The notes under the pieces were generated by a model. That model made no database searches. It was not told the DNA's origin and saw only the letters and a program-made list of their open reading frames with translations. Below, in pieces: positions 12,201 to 27,200 of a stretch of 40,646 nt of DNA. The stretch lies in assembly GCA_001642005.1 (NCBI GenBank), contig LWCA01000199.1:1-40646 (forward strand), given 5' to 3'. Position numbers and translations under genes: made by a program. Origin of the DNA: Intoshia linei (taxonomy: Eukaryota > Animalia > Orthonectida). Numbering within the stretch: position 1 is the stretch's first letter; every line of letters begins with the position of its first letter.

Positions 12201-15200
12201 ATAAATTTCAACCTCCCAAACTGACATCTTACGGGTCAAAAACCCCAATTGTCCTTCGTTTTGAAAATCAAACGAGTTGGAGAATATACAAAAATATATA
12301 CGCTGATACGAATTTTAAAATCATAATCATTATCATAAATTTAAATTAAAAAAAAATTATATCTTTAGGGCCAAAACCCCAAATTCCCCTTCTTTTTTTT
12401 TGAAAGCAGCCCTAGAATTTCAAAAAAATTACAGGTGATACAGTTGTATCCTGTTAACACACACATAAAATTTCAATACGAATAAGTGACGACTTCACGG
12501 TCAAAAAAGCATTTTAGTATTCATATATACCAATTACATTACCAACTAACTTTTCAAGTAGCAAAGATAAAATTAATAGATTTTAATTTAATGTTAGAAT
12601 ATATATCCCTATTTCCTTTAATTTAGAATATTATTATATCTTCAACTTCCATCCTATTAACAGGGCCTTGGAGATCCAGCATTAGGCACTATAAAAAAAT
12701 TTTAAAAATGGGACCTCTATACATTGCTTAATCGATCGTTCATTATCTATAAATTAAAAATAACCGTTGGAAATCGCATTGGTTATCGAAATTTTGGTAA
12801 CTTAAGAAATTTCCAACATTAACTTTTAATAAAAAATTAATATTAAAATTAAAACCTATTAATAATAATAAAAAAGTAGACCTTTCATGATTTTAGACCG
12901 GCCATATGGCCATACCCCTCTCCACGGCCCTTCCCTTTAATACTTTTCTTTGTCTAAAGTTAAATTTACATTAGCGTTTCCCAAATGCCGGTCCACGAAA
13001 TAATTTTTACTAATTAAAAGTCAACTTATATGTTGTATTACGTTTTATATCAAAAATTTTTTAATCTAGCCTAGTACTTTCGCTTTAATATTCCCCGATA
13101 AATTTAATAATTTATTACCGGTTCTCCGTAAAAAAAATTTGGCAACCTTTGCTTTACATCTGTACCATGTTGAGAACATGTGTCATAAACCTTGTTAAAC
13201 ATGACAGTATTTAAAATGCCTCCAAAAAAAATTACTAGAAAAAGTGACCAGTGTGCACCTGGAAAAGTAATATTGCCATTTTTAAATATTTAATCTATAG
13301 GGCTTTTTAATGCTTGATCCAAAAATTTTGATAGAATTGGATACAAAGGATACAAATGCAAAACTATACAAATTTTGGTTACATGAAATGGTAAACACAT
13401 TTGATGATCAATTAGTATGTAATGAAGATCATGAAAAGTTTTATGAAATACTAAAGGTATTATAGCTTGTCATACTTTTTGATTTATTTTAATTAAAAAT
13501 TAAAGACGGTTTATGAAGAATCATTTAAATCGAGATTGAGCAGTTTATTTGGAAGTTCGTTATTTAGTTTAAAAAAAACGGACGTCAATGTGTATAGAAA
13601 ATTAATTGGCCAAATAACTTTTATCTCATTATCTCCAGAAATTCCATATAATGAAATAGACGATATATCAGAAATAAAAGAGGTAAGTGTATATAAATTC
13701 ATCAAGTTTCCAATCACTTTCAGTCTCTTTGTTACTTCTGCTATGTTTACAATAAGTTTATTATATTGTTGATAACCCGTGATTTTATATTAATTGGTTC
13801 ACGTATATCGTAACAATGTAGTATTTTATAACAGTACACTTTCATTTTAAAAAAGGGATGCTTAGGAAAAGGGGTTAGAAATGTTAGAAAACATTAATTT
13901 AGATAAACTGTGAATAAAATGATCGAGATCCCATTAATAATCCGTCAAAGACGAAATAATTGCATTTATGTACATTTCATTTTTAATAATAAAAGTAGAA
14001 ACTGACAAATAGTATCAATGATTACAATAATGATTACCCGACAAAAATTGATGTCGTTTTATTTGACAAATCTATTAAAAATATTATTAAAATTTACAAA
14101 ATCTTGTCTAACGGAGGAGGACATGCATTATTAATTGGTAACGTTTTATAAATATTAAATATGTAAATAAAAATAAAAATTTATATAGGGCCCAGTGATT
14201 CTGAACGCAAATCATCAGTATTTTTGGCATCATACATGTTGGGTTATAAAATTTTTGTTCCACAAGTTTCGAGATATTACGACAACGAGAATTGGAACGC
14301 TGATTTACGAAAATTAATGCGTTATTGTGGTATTGGTAATCAACCAGCATCATTTGTTATCAGTGACACGCATATTAAGGTACGCTATTTTAACATTTAA
14401 AAAAGTATTAAAATTAAACTTTAATTTTTTAGTACTTTTATTTTTTAAGTGATATCAATTCACTATGTCACAAGGGTTTTGTAGCAGACATTTACAGTAA
14501 GCAAGATTTATGTGAAATTCAAGAAAATGTATTTTTTACCAAATTTTTAGTATATTCATTGTAGATGTACCCTATATTGAATGAAATGCAGAATCTCAAT
14601 CCAAATGTTGAAATTACGGATGTGGCTGCATTGGAGTTGTTTTACAAAACAATTTTGAAAAATGTGCACGTGGTTTTAAGTTTAAACAATTTAAACACAA
14701 AATACAACGAATGGTTACATTACACACCTATTTGTTTGAGAAAATGTGTCATTACTTGGTTTGAGGTATCAATATAAAGTTAAAATTAGTTAATTCTTTT
14801 TATATAACATAGCCAATGAACACTGATGCATATTCTGGTATAACGGAAAATATATTTAGTAATATAGAAATGTCTGATGAAGATAGAAACAAGTGCCATA
14901 CTATGATTAATTATTTTTATGATACGAGTATGATGATATCTAAAAAGTACATTTATAGCATATTTTAACTCTTGAATTGAATAGATTGAATAAAGAAAAT
15001 GGAACTCCAATATATATAACTCCAAGTTCTTATGTGGATTGTCTAAATACTTTTAAAAAATTCATTGATATTGATCGTATGAAGTTATTTGTAAGAATAG
15101 AGCTTTATAGAAAGGGCACGGAGACACTTAATACCTCAGAGAAAGCAGTAAGATTAATGCACAATTAAATATAGATATGTCACTTTCATCAGGCTTTTTG

Positions 15201-18200
15201 GTGAATTTATAGTTGTTTAAAGTTGGTAAATAATATTTTATTCCCCCAAATGTTCCTGGAAAAGTGCACTGAAAATCTTTACAAATAAACATTACAATTG
15301 TAGATTGTAATCATGAAGAATGATATCAAAAAACGACAACCTGAGCTCCAACGAATGTCTGATGAAACTATACATTTGATTAAAGAAATTGAAGAAGAGA
15401 ATGTACAAATAGAAGCAATCAAACATAATTTAGAAAATGAAAAGCTTTTATCTAACCAAATTGCTGAAGAAGCTCAACAAATTCGAGTATGATGAATTAT
15501 ATTAGATTTCACAACAAATTTAGAATGAATGTGAATATGAACTATCTTTGGCTATTCCCGCTATGCAAACATCGATAACGTCTCTAAATAAGTTAAAGCA
15601 AAGTGACATTTCTATGTAATGAATTATTATTAATAATTTTTTAATATTAATAAAAAATTTTAATAATGTTACATTTTTAATTTCTGATAGACTAAAGGCC
15701 ATGCAAAATCCTCCTCAAGGAGTAAAATTAGTTATGGAAGCTATTTGCTTGTTGAAAGTTAATTTTATTTCACAATTATTGATTTTATTTTTATTTTAAT
15801 AGGGATTAAAACCAACAAAAAAAATTATTGATGGTAAGAATGTGGATGATTTTTGGGGGTGTGCAAAAAAAGTAAAATTACACTGTTTTATGTCTAATGT
15901 ATATTTATCTATAGATGATGGGAGATTTAAGATTTTTAGAATCATTAAAGGAATTTGATAAGAATAATTTGTCAAATAATGTAATGAAAATTATAAATGA
16001 TAGATATGTTCAAAATCCTTATTTTGTTCCAGAAAAAATAAAAATCATTTCTTCTGCATGTGAAGGTCTTTGTAAATGGGTTATTGCTTTGAACGATTAT
16101 CATAATGCTATGAAAGTAATTGTTTGGTTTATCAATATCAAATGGGTTTCAATTTTTTTAAAGAATCATTGAAAAAATTTTTAATGCACACGAAATTTGT
16201 AGGGTAAAATTAGGGGACTTTTTAGTTTAAAGGTTAAGAGTCATATTAAACAGGTCATGATATAAAGTAAATGTATGTTTTCATTAATTCGTTATAAATT
16301 ACAGATTGTCATACCGAAACAAAAAAGTTTAAAAGAAGCAGAAAAGGTTTATGAACAGCAAGCTCAACAATTTAACCAAAAAACTAAAGAACTTGAAACA
16401 ATTGAAATGAAATTACAAAATCAAAATAAATTTTTAAAAAATAAAATTGCTGAAGAAAAGGTTATTTTATATTTTAACAAATAAGCAGTGGCGGCTCGTC
16501 ATTCCAGGGATGCAGCCTTCCAGAATTTTGAAAAATACATAACAAATTATTCACAAAATTATAATTTTATAATACATACATATTGTAGTACATACTGTAT
16601 AAGTACTACTATTTTAGTACTATTATAATAATTATTAATAAGTATTATTAATTAACTACAGAGTTACATAGCTTTGTTAGTGTAATGCTGTTTCTATATC
16701 GATCTCAATTATCGTTGAATTGGTAGGTATAAAATTTTTCACGACACCCCTTTAAGTTTGGTTCAAAAAAACAATCTTAATAACCCCTCTTGAAATTTTG
16801 CTTCAAAAAAAATCTTAAAAACCCTTCTTGAAAGTTTGGTTCAAAAAAAAATCTAAAAACCCCTCTTGAAAGTTTGATTAAAAAAATTTCCTAAAAACCC
16901 ACATTAAAAGTTTGGTTTAAATAAAAATCTAAAAAACCCCCCTTGAAAGTTTGGTTCAAAAAAAAATCGGAAAAAACCTTCCTGAAAGTTTGGTTCAAAA
17001 AAAAAGTCTTAAAAATCCTTTTAAAATTTGGTTTTAAAAAAATTTTAAGAAACGCACCTTAAAATTTGGTTTACAAATTTACGAAACACAAGTTGAAAGT
17101 TTGGTTCAAAAAAAATATCTTAAAAACCCCTGTTAAAAGTTTGATTCAAAAAAAACCTTAAAAACCCCTGTTGAAAGTTTGATTTAAAAAATTTCCTAAA
17201 AACCCACATTAAAAGTTTCGTTTAAATAAAAATCTAAAAAACCCCCCTTGAAAGTTTGGTTCAAATAAAATCTGAAAAAACCCCCCTGAAAGTTTGGTTC
17301 AAAAAAAAATCTTAAAAACCCCTTTAAAGTTAAGTTTAAAAAAATTCTAAGAAACGCACCTTAAAATTTAGTTTACAAATTTACGAAACACAAGTTGAAA
17401 GTTTTACACATTTTACGACTAACCCATAGATTCTATGCAACATATATATCATTAATGTTTGATATTATTAATGATAATATTTTATTATTAAACATTATTA
17501 ATTATCCATTAATACAATTATATAATAGAATTTATCCAAAGATATTGACATGTGCAATAAAAAAATTACAAGAGCTTTAAATTTAATTGCAGGGTTGTTA
17601 GAAGAAAGAGATCGATGGAATCAGGTTAATTATCAAATTTACAATTTACATATTTGTAGTTATACTTGGAGTTGGTAGAAATGATATTGTCTAAAATAGT
17701 TGTTAAATTTTATTTTTCATAATAGAGTTTGTAGAATTTTATTGATCATAAAAAATTTTCGAAAAGTGGATTGTGTCAAAAAGTGTTAGTAAATTTAGAT
17801 TTATAGTAAAATGATGATAAACTTAGATTTTGTTTAAATGATTTGGTAAATTTGGTATATGTCCAAAAGTGATTGTAAAATGCAATTTTTTTTAAAATTT
17901 TTTATAGATTAAATTGTGTTCAAAAGGGTTGATTAAAGTGAATTTGGCTAAACAGTACTGATACATTTGTATTTTTTATAAAAGTATTGGTAAAATTGAA
18001 TTTGTCAGAAAAAAATTTTATTAGAATAGATTGCGCCCTAAGGGTTGGTAAAAGTGGATTTTGCCCAAAAATTTTGTTAAATTTATATTTTTCATTACAT
18101 GGTTGAAAACAATGAATTTATGATAAAAAAAGTTTATTAAAGTAGATGTACCAAAAATGGTTGATAAATTGAGATTTCTCATAAAAGGTTAAATAAAAGT

Positions 18201-21200
18201 GGAATTTTCATTGTTAAATTAAAACATCAAGTCAAGAGTCTTAGAGAGGTCGTTAGAGCTATATGACTAATGCATACATTTGTAGTTTGTGAAAAAATAT
18301 TTTAGGGACCTATTTTTTATTTTCAGTTACTTATAGCTGGGTAGATTTGGCTCGGCCCTTCCACCACCCGGAAAATTAAAAATAGTCACCTTAAAAATTC
18401 ACTCAAACGATGCGTAATGACATATACCAGCCATCTCTCTACGGGTTGTAATTGACGGTTTTTATATTGAAAAATATACTAAATTTTCAATACTCAATTT
18501 GGAAAAATGCTGACCTGAAAAAAGTCTCGTAAACGACTAGTAGTAATGATTTATAAATCCAAAATTTTTAAAACACAAAATTTTATAGTTGGTTAAAGAT
18601 TTTGCTATAAATTCCCTAAATGATGCTGAAAAATTACCAAAATTTTTAAAGTTAGTAAGATTTCTGTCGTTTCAATATTTATTTTCAAATTAAAAAATAA
18701 TTTATGAAATATTTGACTCAGTGTTTAAAAAAGATGACAATCCTTAATTATAGAGATTGATTAATTTATAATTTTACAAATCCATCTTTAATAAATATGT
18801 AGGAATTGATAAAATTACAAGATCGATTTGATAATATTCTCAGCGATTTATTATTATCATCAGCTATAATAACATACATGTCATCATTCAGTGACACCAA
18901 GAGAAGAGTAATTATTCTTAAAATTATATATATATATATATAAATCAGTGATTCTCGTTGTTCGGTGTCTTACCTCAATTTGTGGTCAAGCGGCAAATTG
19001 AGTTTTTCAAAAATCAATCAATATCTCGCTCAAGCTGTAGTTGGTTTAATTTTATTCGTGTGTAACGCAGCGAACGTACTTTTGATATATGTTAAGATTG
19101 GAACACGGCACCTGAAAATGGTCCTGAACTACTGACTTAAATTGATAAATTTAATAAATTTAATAAAATTTGCAATTAGGAGTGTACGAAGGATTGGGTT
19201 ATTAAAATGAATAAAATAAATTTCAATTTATCTGTCGGATTTTCAATAAAAAGTGTTTTTTCAGAGCCAACTACTATTAAAAATTGGATAATGTGTGGAT
19301 TACCTAATGATGAGTAAGTTTATTAAATTTTTTTTACTTTTGTAATTTTTATAGGTTTTCAATTGAAAATGCAATTATATGTTATAAATCATTGCATTAT
19401 CCTTTTATAATCGACCCACTGGGTCAAGCAAATGATTGGCTGAAATGTAATGAAAAGAATAATAAAATTTTGGTTCTTAACATGAATATGGAAGATTTTT
19501 TACCACGTTTAGAAGATTGCATGCAGGTATAAACTTTATAAACTTGTCATAAATATTGCCCAAATTTATAATTTTTGTTAAATAAATTGTATGACTGAAT
19601 GATTTAGATGGGACAACCCTGTTTATTGGAAAATATATCTGAATATTTTGGTTCAACAATGGATTCCATTTTATCTCCAACAATAATAAAAACATCTCAT
19701 TCATTATTGTTTAAAGTTGGAAATAATGAATTTCCATTCAATCCAGATTTCAGACTGTTTATGACCACTTTAAATTGTGAACCTCAAATCGATAACTCAA
19801 CTCTTTCTAAAGTAATTTCATCAAATATCATTTTAATTTTACAAATCTGAAATTTTAACATAATTTAGATTAATGTTGTCAATTTTTTGCCTACAAAAGA
19901 GGGAATTATACAACAGTTGATGCGCGTCATTTCATTTTATGAACAACCTTCACTGGAACGAGAACATTCTCACTTAATTAATGTTGAAACTTTAAATCGA
20001 TTCAGATTACAGGAAGTAGAATCTAAAATACTTAAAGTTGTTTCAAATATTAAGGTAATAATGTATTTGAAAAAATAAGAAAAGGTGCCAAAACCGCTAT
20101 GAATATTATGTGTCAATTTCCAATATATTATGGGACCCTAATCGAAAACCACTGCCTTAGAGAGTTTTATTTTATTAAATTTGAAGGTTTTTCATATCTA
20201 AAGCATTGAAGATTAGAAACAAAAAATTGATACATATGTAGTGTAAAATTGACTACTATATAAAATATTTAGGGCGAAATACTAAATAACGAAGAAGCAA
20301 TAGAAATTTTATCTGAAAGTCAAAAACTTGCCACAGATTTAATTGAAAAGCAAGAAATTAACAAAAAATTGTTGATTAGTATAGAAGAGAACAGAAATTT
20401 ATATAGAATGGTTTAAATTGTAATTTTATTTAAAATTTAAAATAAATTTAGTTGTCCGTTGAAGCCAGTATTATATTTTATTCAATGTATCACATGCGGC
20501 TCAGTAATATTATGTATGAATTTTCCTTCAAAACATTTGTCAAGCTTTTTACTCAGGTACTACATATCTTAAGTTGAAATTTAACAACAATTATAATTTT
20601 CATATCTTATTCCATACGATATAATTTACAATTTAGTCATTGAAAGGATCCACCAAACACACCAAAATAGAAATTCGTATAAAAAAAATTTTTAACAAAT
20701 TAATGCAAAATATTGTATTATATGTTAATCATAGCTACTTTCAAAAAGACAGATTAAGATTACTATTGTTGATGGTTCTCAAATTGGAAAAATTTAGGTA
20801 TACTCATTGTATTATTAATAATGTAAAATGGCAAGAATGATCAATAAAATAATTTATTAACCAATATTTTTGAGATTATTTTCAAAAAAATATTGAATAA
20901 TTAAAATAACTAGAATTTAACAAAATTTATAATTCCAAGACAGTTTTCTTTCCATTTTTGACATGTGATATCGAGAAAAAATTTCAACCTCAGAAATTTT
21001 CCCCTGCCCGAATCAAAAACACATTTTAAATTAAAAATGTAATCTACGAATCTTAGATATCGTTGGCAGAGCGGAATCTATTTTACGCAATACCTGATTC
21101 CGGGACATTTTGATTCAAATGGGTGCCTCTCATTTTTCAAAATTAAGCAGTGCTCAATAAAAACTTTAAAAAAATTGTATTTTTGATAATCATAACTGTT

Positions 21201-24200
21201 TTGTGTGTCCAATTTAAACTGTAAGTCCAGTAAGATCCTGGAGAGATGGCTTGGATTACATGACATTACGTATCGTTTTAAAATATTTTAGGATATATTT
21301 TTGATTTTTAACGCCGGCGGCCTCAGTAGGTTCAGCTCTGATCGATAATACACTTTTTACGTAGAATTCAATTCAGCGACATACGTTTGAGTGATATTAT
21401 TTTGAGCGATGTATAGTTACAGCAATACATCTTAAAGCAGCGGTCGGCAACCAATGTTCACATAATAATTTTTGGTGGCCCTTTGAGTAAATATGTAAAA
21501 TTTACATTGTAAATTATTTATTTTTCAACTTTTAAACAGTTTTAAATATTTTCTATTATAATTGGCTCATTATAATCATTTTAATACTGAATTTTCAGAT
21601 CGTCCCGGATTTTATTTTGTTGAATATACTAGAAACTTTTCTCTTCAATTAAAATTGAAATCTATCATGTGTAAATTTTCAAAAACGGACCCACATATTT
21701 TTTTTATATAAAAAAGTGACGCACGAGATGCAAAAGGTTGCCGACCCCTGTCTTAGAGCGATATAATCATTGACTTTGTTAATTAATCATACTATTTATT
21801 TTTTGAAAATTGTGGTTTTTTTAATGACAATGACCAAAATGTAGGGTTTTTAAGGGATTTTTTTTCTACTATTTTTTTATTGACTTTGAAGATAATTTTG
21901 GGAACAAAGTTTTGTAGGGTTTTTAATAGTGTTTTTCACCCAATTTTTAAAGATTTTGAAGGTAATTTTGAGACCAAAAATTTGGTAGGTTTTTGAAGGA
22001 AATAGTATTTTTTACTCAATTTTTAAACATTTTAAAGGCAATTTTGGGGTTCAAATTTTGTATGGTTTAGAAGGGAATATTTAACATTTTATGGAATCTT
22101 CAAAATCTTTAAAAATTGGGTGAAAAAAATGTTCTATTAAAAACCCTACGAAATCTTATGACCAAAATCTTGAAAAATGGTAGAAAAAAATTCCCTTAAA
22201 ACCCCTACAAAATTTTCGTCTAAAATTATCAATACAAGATAATAAAAATAATAAATAAATATGAATAAAGAAACCCACTATAATTTTGTGAAAACATCAA
22301 TACATGTATGATAAATTAGTAAAATCGATGATTATGTCGCTCAAACGAATGTCACTCCAGAGAATGGACGTCGAATAATATATTTAAATTTTATAAATTG
22401 GCATATTCGCATTTTGAAAATTTCAAATCTTTAGTTCATCACGAGGTTTAGAAATTTTTTAAGAGTCCGTAAAAAAATTTTCTTGAAATGTGGTAAATAG
22501 GTCCGTAGATTTTTAGAATTTTAAATTTAGGAACCACCACTTTACTGCATTGTATTACATTTTATAGTAAAAATTAGTAATTTTACCTAATCAGTGATCA
22601 CACTTATGCATTCATTGTATTTAGAAAAATCATTAATCAAGACGATATTAATGCTTTGTTAAAACCCTATGACTATATTGTATATACAAAAACACAAAAA
22701 GTCTCTCAAGATGAAAAAAAAAATGAAATTTTGAATAATATTTCTGAAATTCCAAGATTAGAAAACGTCCCACTACATTACAACCAACACGTAATGTGAA
22801 TTACTTTATAATTACAATGTACATTCTAATATTACCGTTTTAGCAAGAGTTATTTGAAAATTTAATCAATAGTCAAAATCCTCTCCAATTTAAACATGAA
22901 GAATTCAATTATTCTATATTCGAAAAATTGTTAATTTTAAAATACTTCCATCCAGAAAAGGTATAAACATTTAATATTTTGTATTATTGTATTTTTTAAA
23001 TTTATTATTTTTAATATAAAATAAATTTAATGTAATGTTTTTAATATTAGCCATATTAATAATTTAAGAAGCGATTAACATTTAAATAATTTATTAACAT
23101 GTAAATATTTTATAAAAACGATAGTACTTATTATAATAATAATTTTAGTTGACTATGTATCTAAACCAATATGTGAATATAATTATTGGTAAAGAAAAGG
23201 GAAAATTCGTCCAATTCATAAATGTACTCAATAATATAATAAAATTATCCAAAAAAGATAAAGTTATAATAAAAGTGTTTTCATCCTTTTATATTGATGA
23301 TACAAACATAATAACTGGATTGGCAGAATCTAAAAGTAAGCAAATGTATTACTAGTATATTATAATATAACTATATATTTAAACTTAAGATATAAAATTG
23401 ACAAAATGTTTGATATACAGAAATACGAAAGAGGAAATACTTTCAATACTAACAAAAGGTATAATAAACGGAGAATGGTTATTGATTGAATCAGCACATT
23501 TATCAATATTACAAATGGAATGGATAGAATATTTTGTTATTAACGTAATTTTAATAATTATAATTTAAAAAAATTTAAATGATTTGCTTTAGATGCCAGT
23601 TAAAAAAAATAGTATTAATGAAAATTTCAGATTATTCATAACCACTAAAGAAACCAACAAATTCCCAGTGTTTTTGATTAAAAAAGCTATTAAATTCATT
23701 CATGAAAGTTCTCATAATTTTAAAACATATTTGGATGAATCGAAACAAGAAATTATGCAAAATATTAATAAAAATGTTTCTAGTTTGAATTATTTGGTAA
23801 ATTTACAATTTATTATTTTGGTAATTATTTACCAAATTAATAGTGTAATTAGACATTCTTAACACTTTGCATGGTGTTTTGAAGCTAAACTACATGAGTA
23901 GTAATTAGATTAATTCCACGTTGAGAATGTCTGATGTGCATGGAAATTTTTAAATAAAATTTAGAAAATTTTATTTTACATCACATACACCCATGCCTGT
24001 ATTCAAGGACGTGAGTTATTCAACACTGTTGGTTATAATGACAATTACAATTTCCACGATATCTATCTGGATGATTTTAAGCATCTCATGAATGTAATTT
24101 TCAATTTTCAATTGACCAATTATAAATTAAAAAATTTTAAAATTAAGATAATATCCGAGAGTTATTCAGACAATTACGAGTTGTTGGAAACTTATAGGTT

Positions 24201-27200
24201 TGAAACGGTCGAATATTTGGCTAAGGAAATTTATACAAAGCAATTAATAAATAGTCATGATGAAATAACGATATGTTCAATTCTGAAACAAATGTTGCTT
24301 GATCCAATGACTAAAGATGTACCAAATAAATACATGACGAAACTAAATTTCCCCGTTTGTGGTATGTATAATTTGGATAAAATTGAAAGATTCGATGAAT
24401 TTATTGAAAGTTTACCAGATTACAACAGCTCTACTGTATTTAATTTGATACAATTTAATAGTAATCATTTAAATTTCTAGTTGTATGGGCTCACTGAAAA
24501 TATATCCGCTCGTCAATCTTTGTCTGAAACAAGTGAATTACTGTATAGTGTTACGTCTCTTTTTGATCAAAAGGTTAGATGCTGTTTTAATATTATCATT
24601 TATTCTAATATAGAATTTATCCAAAAAAATTCGTGGAATTGACGTACACGTTTTGGAAACAATTTTGAAAGATTTTTCATCCCATCAAATTGAGTTAATC
24701 CAAGACGAAGTAATAAATAATTTACGTGTTAATAATAATTATAATTATTTTAGAGTTTGTTAAAAATGAAGAAAAATATTAATAGTCCCATAATAGAATT
24801 CCTTAATGATGAAATCAAAATGCATAATATTATTTTCAAAAAAATTTACACTGACACCCTCCTTATTTATGATAATATCAAAAACAATATAATAACTGAC
24901 GATCAAAACATTCAGATTGTCTCAGACTGTCTTGTAGATAATAAGGTATTATTATATTCTTCATCTTGAAAATGAAACTAAATCAGTTTCTCAACCCTTG
25001 ATAGATGTAATGTTTTTTAAATTTGATAACAGACTAGATTGACTGTTATGTACTTTGTACAAACAGAACCTAGCTCTGCCTAGGGCGGACTTTTTTAATC
25101 GTAACAAAAAATAAATTAAATAAGAAAGCTTAAAAATGCTATTTTTTACTATTATCAATCCTTTAAAGTAGTGATTCCCAAACTTGTTTCACAATAGACC
25201 AGTCATTTAACATTTATGATTTTAAAATTCGTATCAGCGTATATATTTTTTTAAATTCTCCAACTCGTTTGATTTTCAAAAAGAGGAACAATTAGGGTTT
25301 TTGACCGGTAAGATTTGAGTTTGGGAGGTTGAAATGTATCTTATAATACGTCCCGGAAAAAACTGTAATTCAAATGTGGACTTTATAAAATTCTAAGACA
25401 GGTAGTTATTTAAATAAAGCGTAACACAGACACACACAAACAAAAATCGCGTAGCATATTATATAAGTTAGGATACTAATCAAAGTAGTTTAAAGAATCC
25501 TGTAACTGTTTTCATTCAAAAATAAGATATTTTGTGGTTTTGACGGTGAAGATGCTAATTTCTCAATTTGAAATGTATCTTACGTTCTGAATCAGATAAA
25601 TGAGACTTAGAATGTTTGTTATATCAATAAATGGTTACAGACCGACAGACACACATTTTTAGCAACTTTAACTTGCCTATATTTAATAGGTAAGGTAAAG
25701 GATATTATAAATTCAATTTTTTTTATAAGTATACATTCATTTCCAATTTCTCACAAGGTCGTATCAAATTGTGAAAAAGTCATAACTTTTCCTTTGTATT
25801 AGTTCACTCCAATATTCAAAACAATTTATTTAAAATTTTCCAGTGTTTATGTCTACCTCATTAGACGGTATGACCCTGATTAAAAAATTTATCAATTTTA
25901 AATAAAATTTTACATTACAATTCATAAAATGTGAATAAAAATTAAAAAATAGATTCCACCATCTTGGTATGTCATAAAGAACATATGCTCATCTCATACC
26001 TGTGCTTCTTTCTTAGATTATAAAAAACAACAATTGCAGTATACTCAGGTAAAAATTAAAATTAACATGAAAAAATTAAAAATTATCTTTAAATTTAGAA
26101 ATTGTTTGAAAACCGTCAGCACAATGCTACCTACTGGATAGGTGCATTTTTCTACCCATCTCGCTTTTTGATATCAATTTTACAATTTAATTCTATTCGT
26201 CGACGTGTTCCGATTAGCAATCTTATCAACACGTTTAAAATAGCTACTACTAAACTCAAAAAAGCACGATCTAATTTATCAATCCTTGTGGTAATTACCT
26301 TTTTTTATTACTGGCTTGTCTGTTTCGTGTTTAGTTGAATTGGAATAAAAGTAGATGCTTAAATCAGTGGTTCCTGATTGGAAGTCCTTGGACCCTTTCT
26401 CATCAAAAACTATTTTCCTGGGGTCCGTGAGATTTAAATAAAATATAAAAAAATTTTATCAACTTTTGTTAATTTTTATAGGAGACTTTAATATTTATTA
26501 CAGATTTTCCAAATGTTGGGAATTTATCCCAAAGCCTGGACGACCGGTACATTATTATTTAAAAAATTCCATTTTAAAACCTCAGGGAAAAATCGACTTT
26601 TACCGATATTTTATTGAAAAATCCCCTTTTTCAAATATTTTTTTGAAAAACACGATTTCATCAAATCTTATCACAAAAACCTCTTATTCGAACCTCAAAA
26701 TAAAAATCCAATTTTAGAAATGCATAAGGTAAATATCCTCTTTTTCCAATATTTTTTTGAAAAAACTATTTTACCAAATCTTATGAGAAATAACTTCCTA
26801 ATCCAAAATCCAATATTACCCACCCTTAATGAAAAAATCCCCTTTTTCCCATATATTTTTGAAAAAAATGATTTTACCAAATCTTAAGAAAAAACCTTTT
26901 TTTCATTATTGTTTTATATTTCATGTTTCCGTTGGGATCCAAAAAAATAAATATTTTTAAATTAACTTTTTATTCAAAATTTAAATAACATTTGAATCGT
27001 GAACAACCGGCTTAAATTGATTTCATTAAATAATATAAATTTAGAATGAATCGTATCAAATGTATGGGTTGCACATTCACGGTGCTTTGTGGGACCCAAA
27101 AATGAAAAACCTTCAAGTTTTGCATGATAAATCAACATTTAGTGAATTTCCAAATGTAAATTTTTTGTATTTAAGACCAGTGCTGCCCACCTTTATCGTT

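Noticed and set aside
26466-26880. ORFs 26466-26717, 26695-26880 and 30475-30699
   Set aside because: They lie in the MITE-internal minisatellite and are low-complexity chance ORFs.
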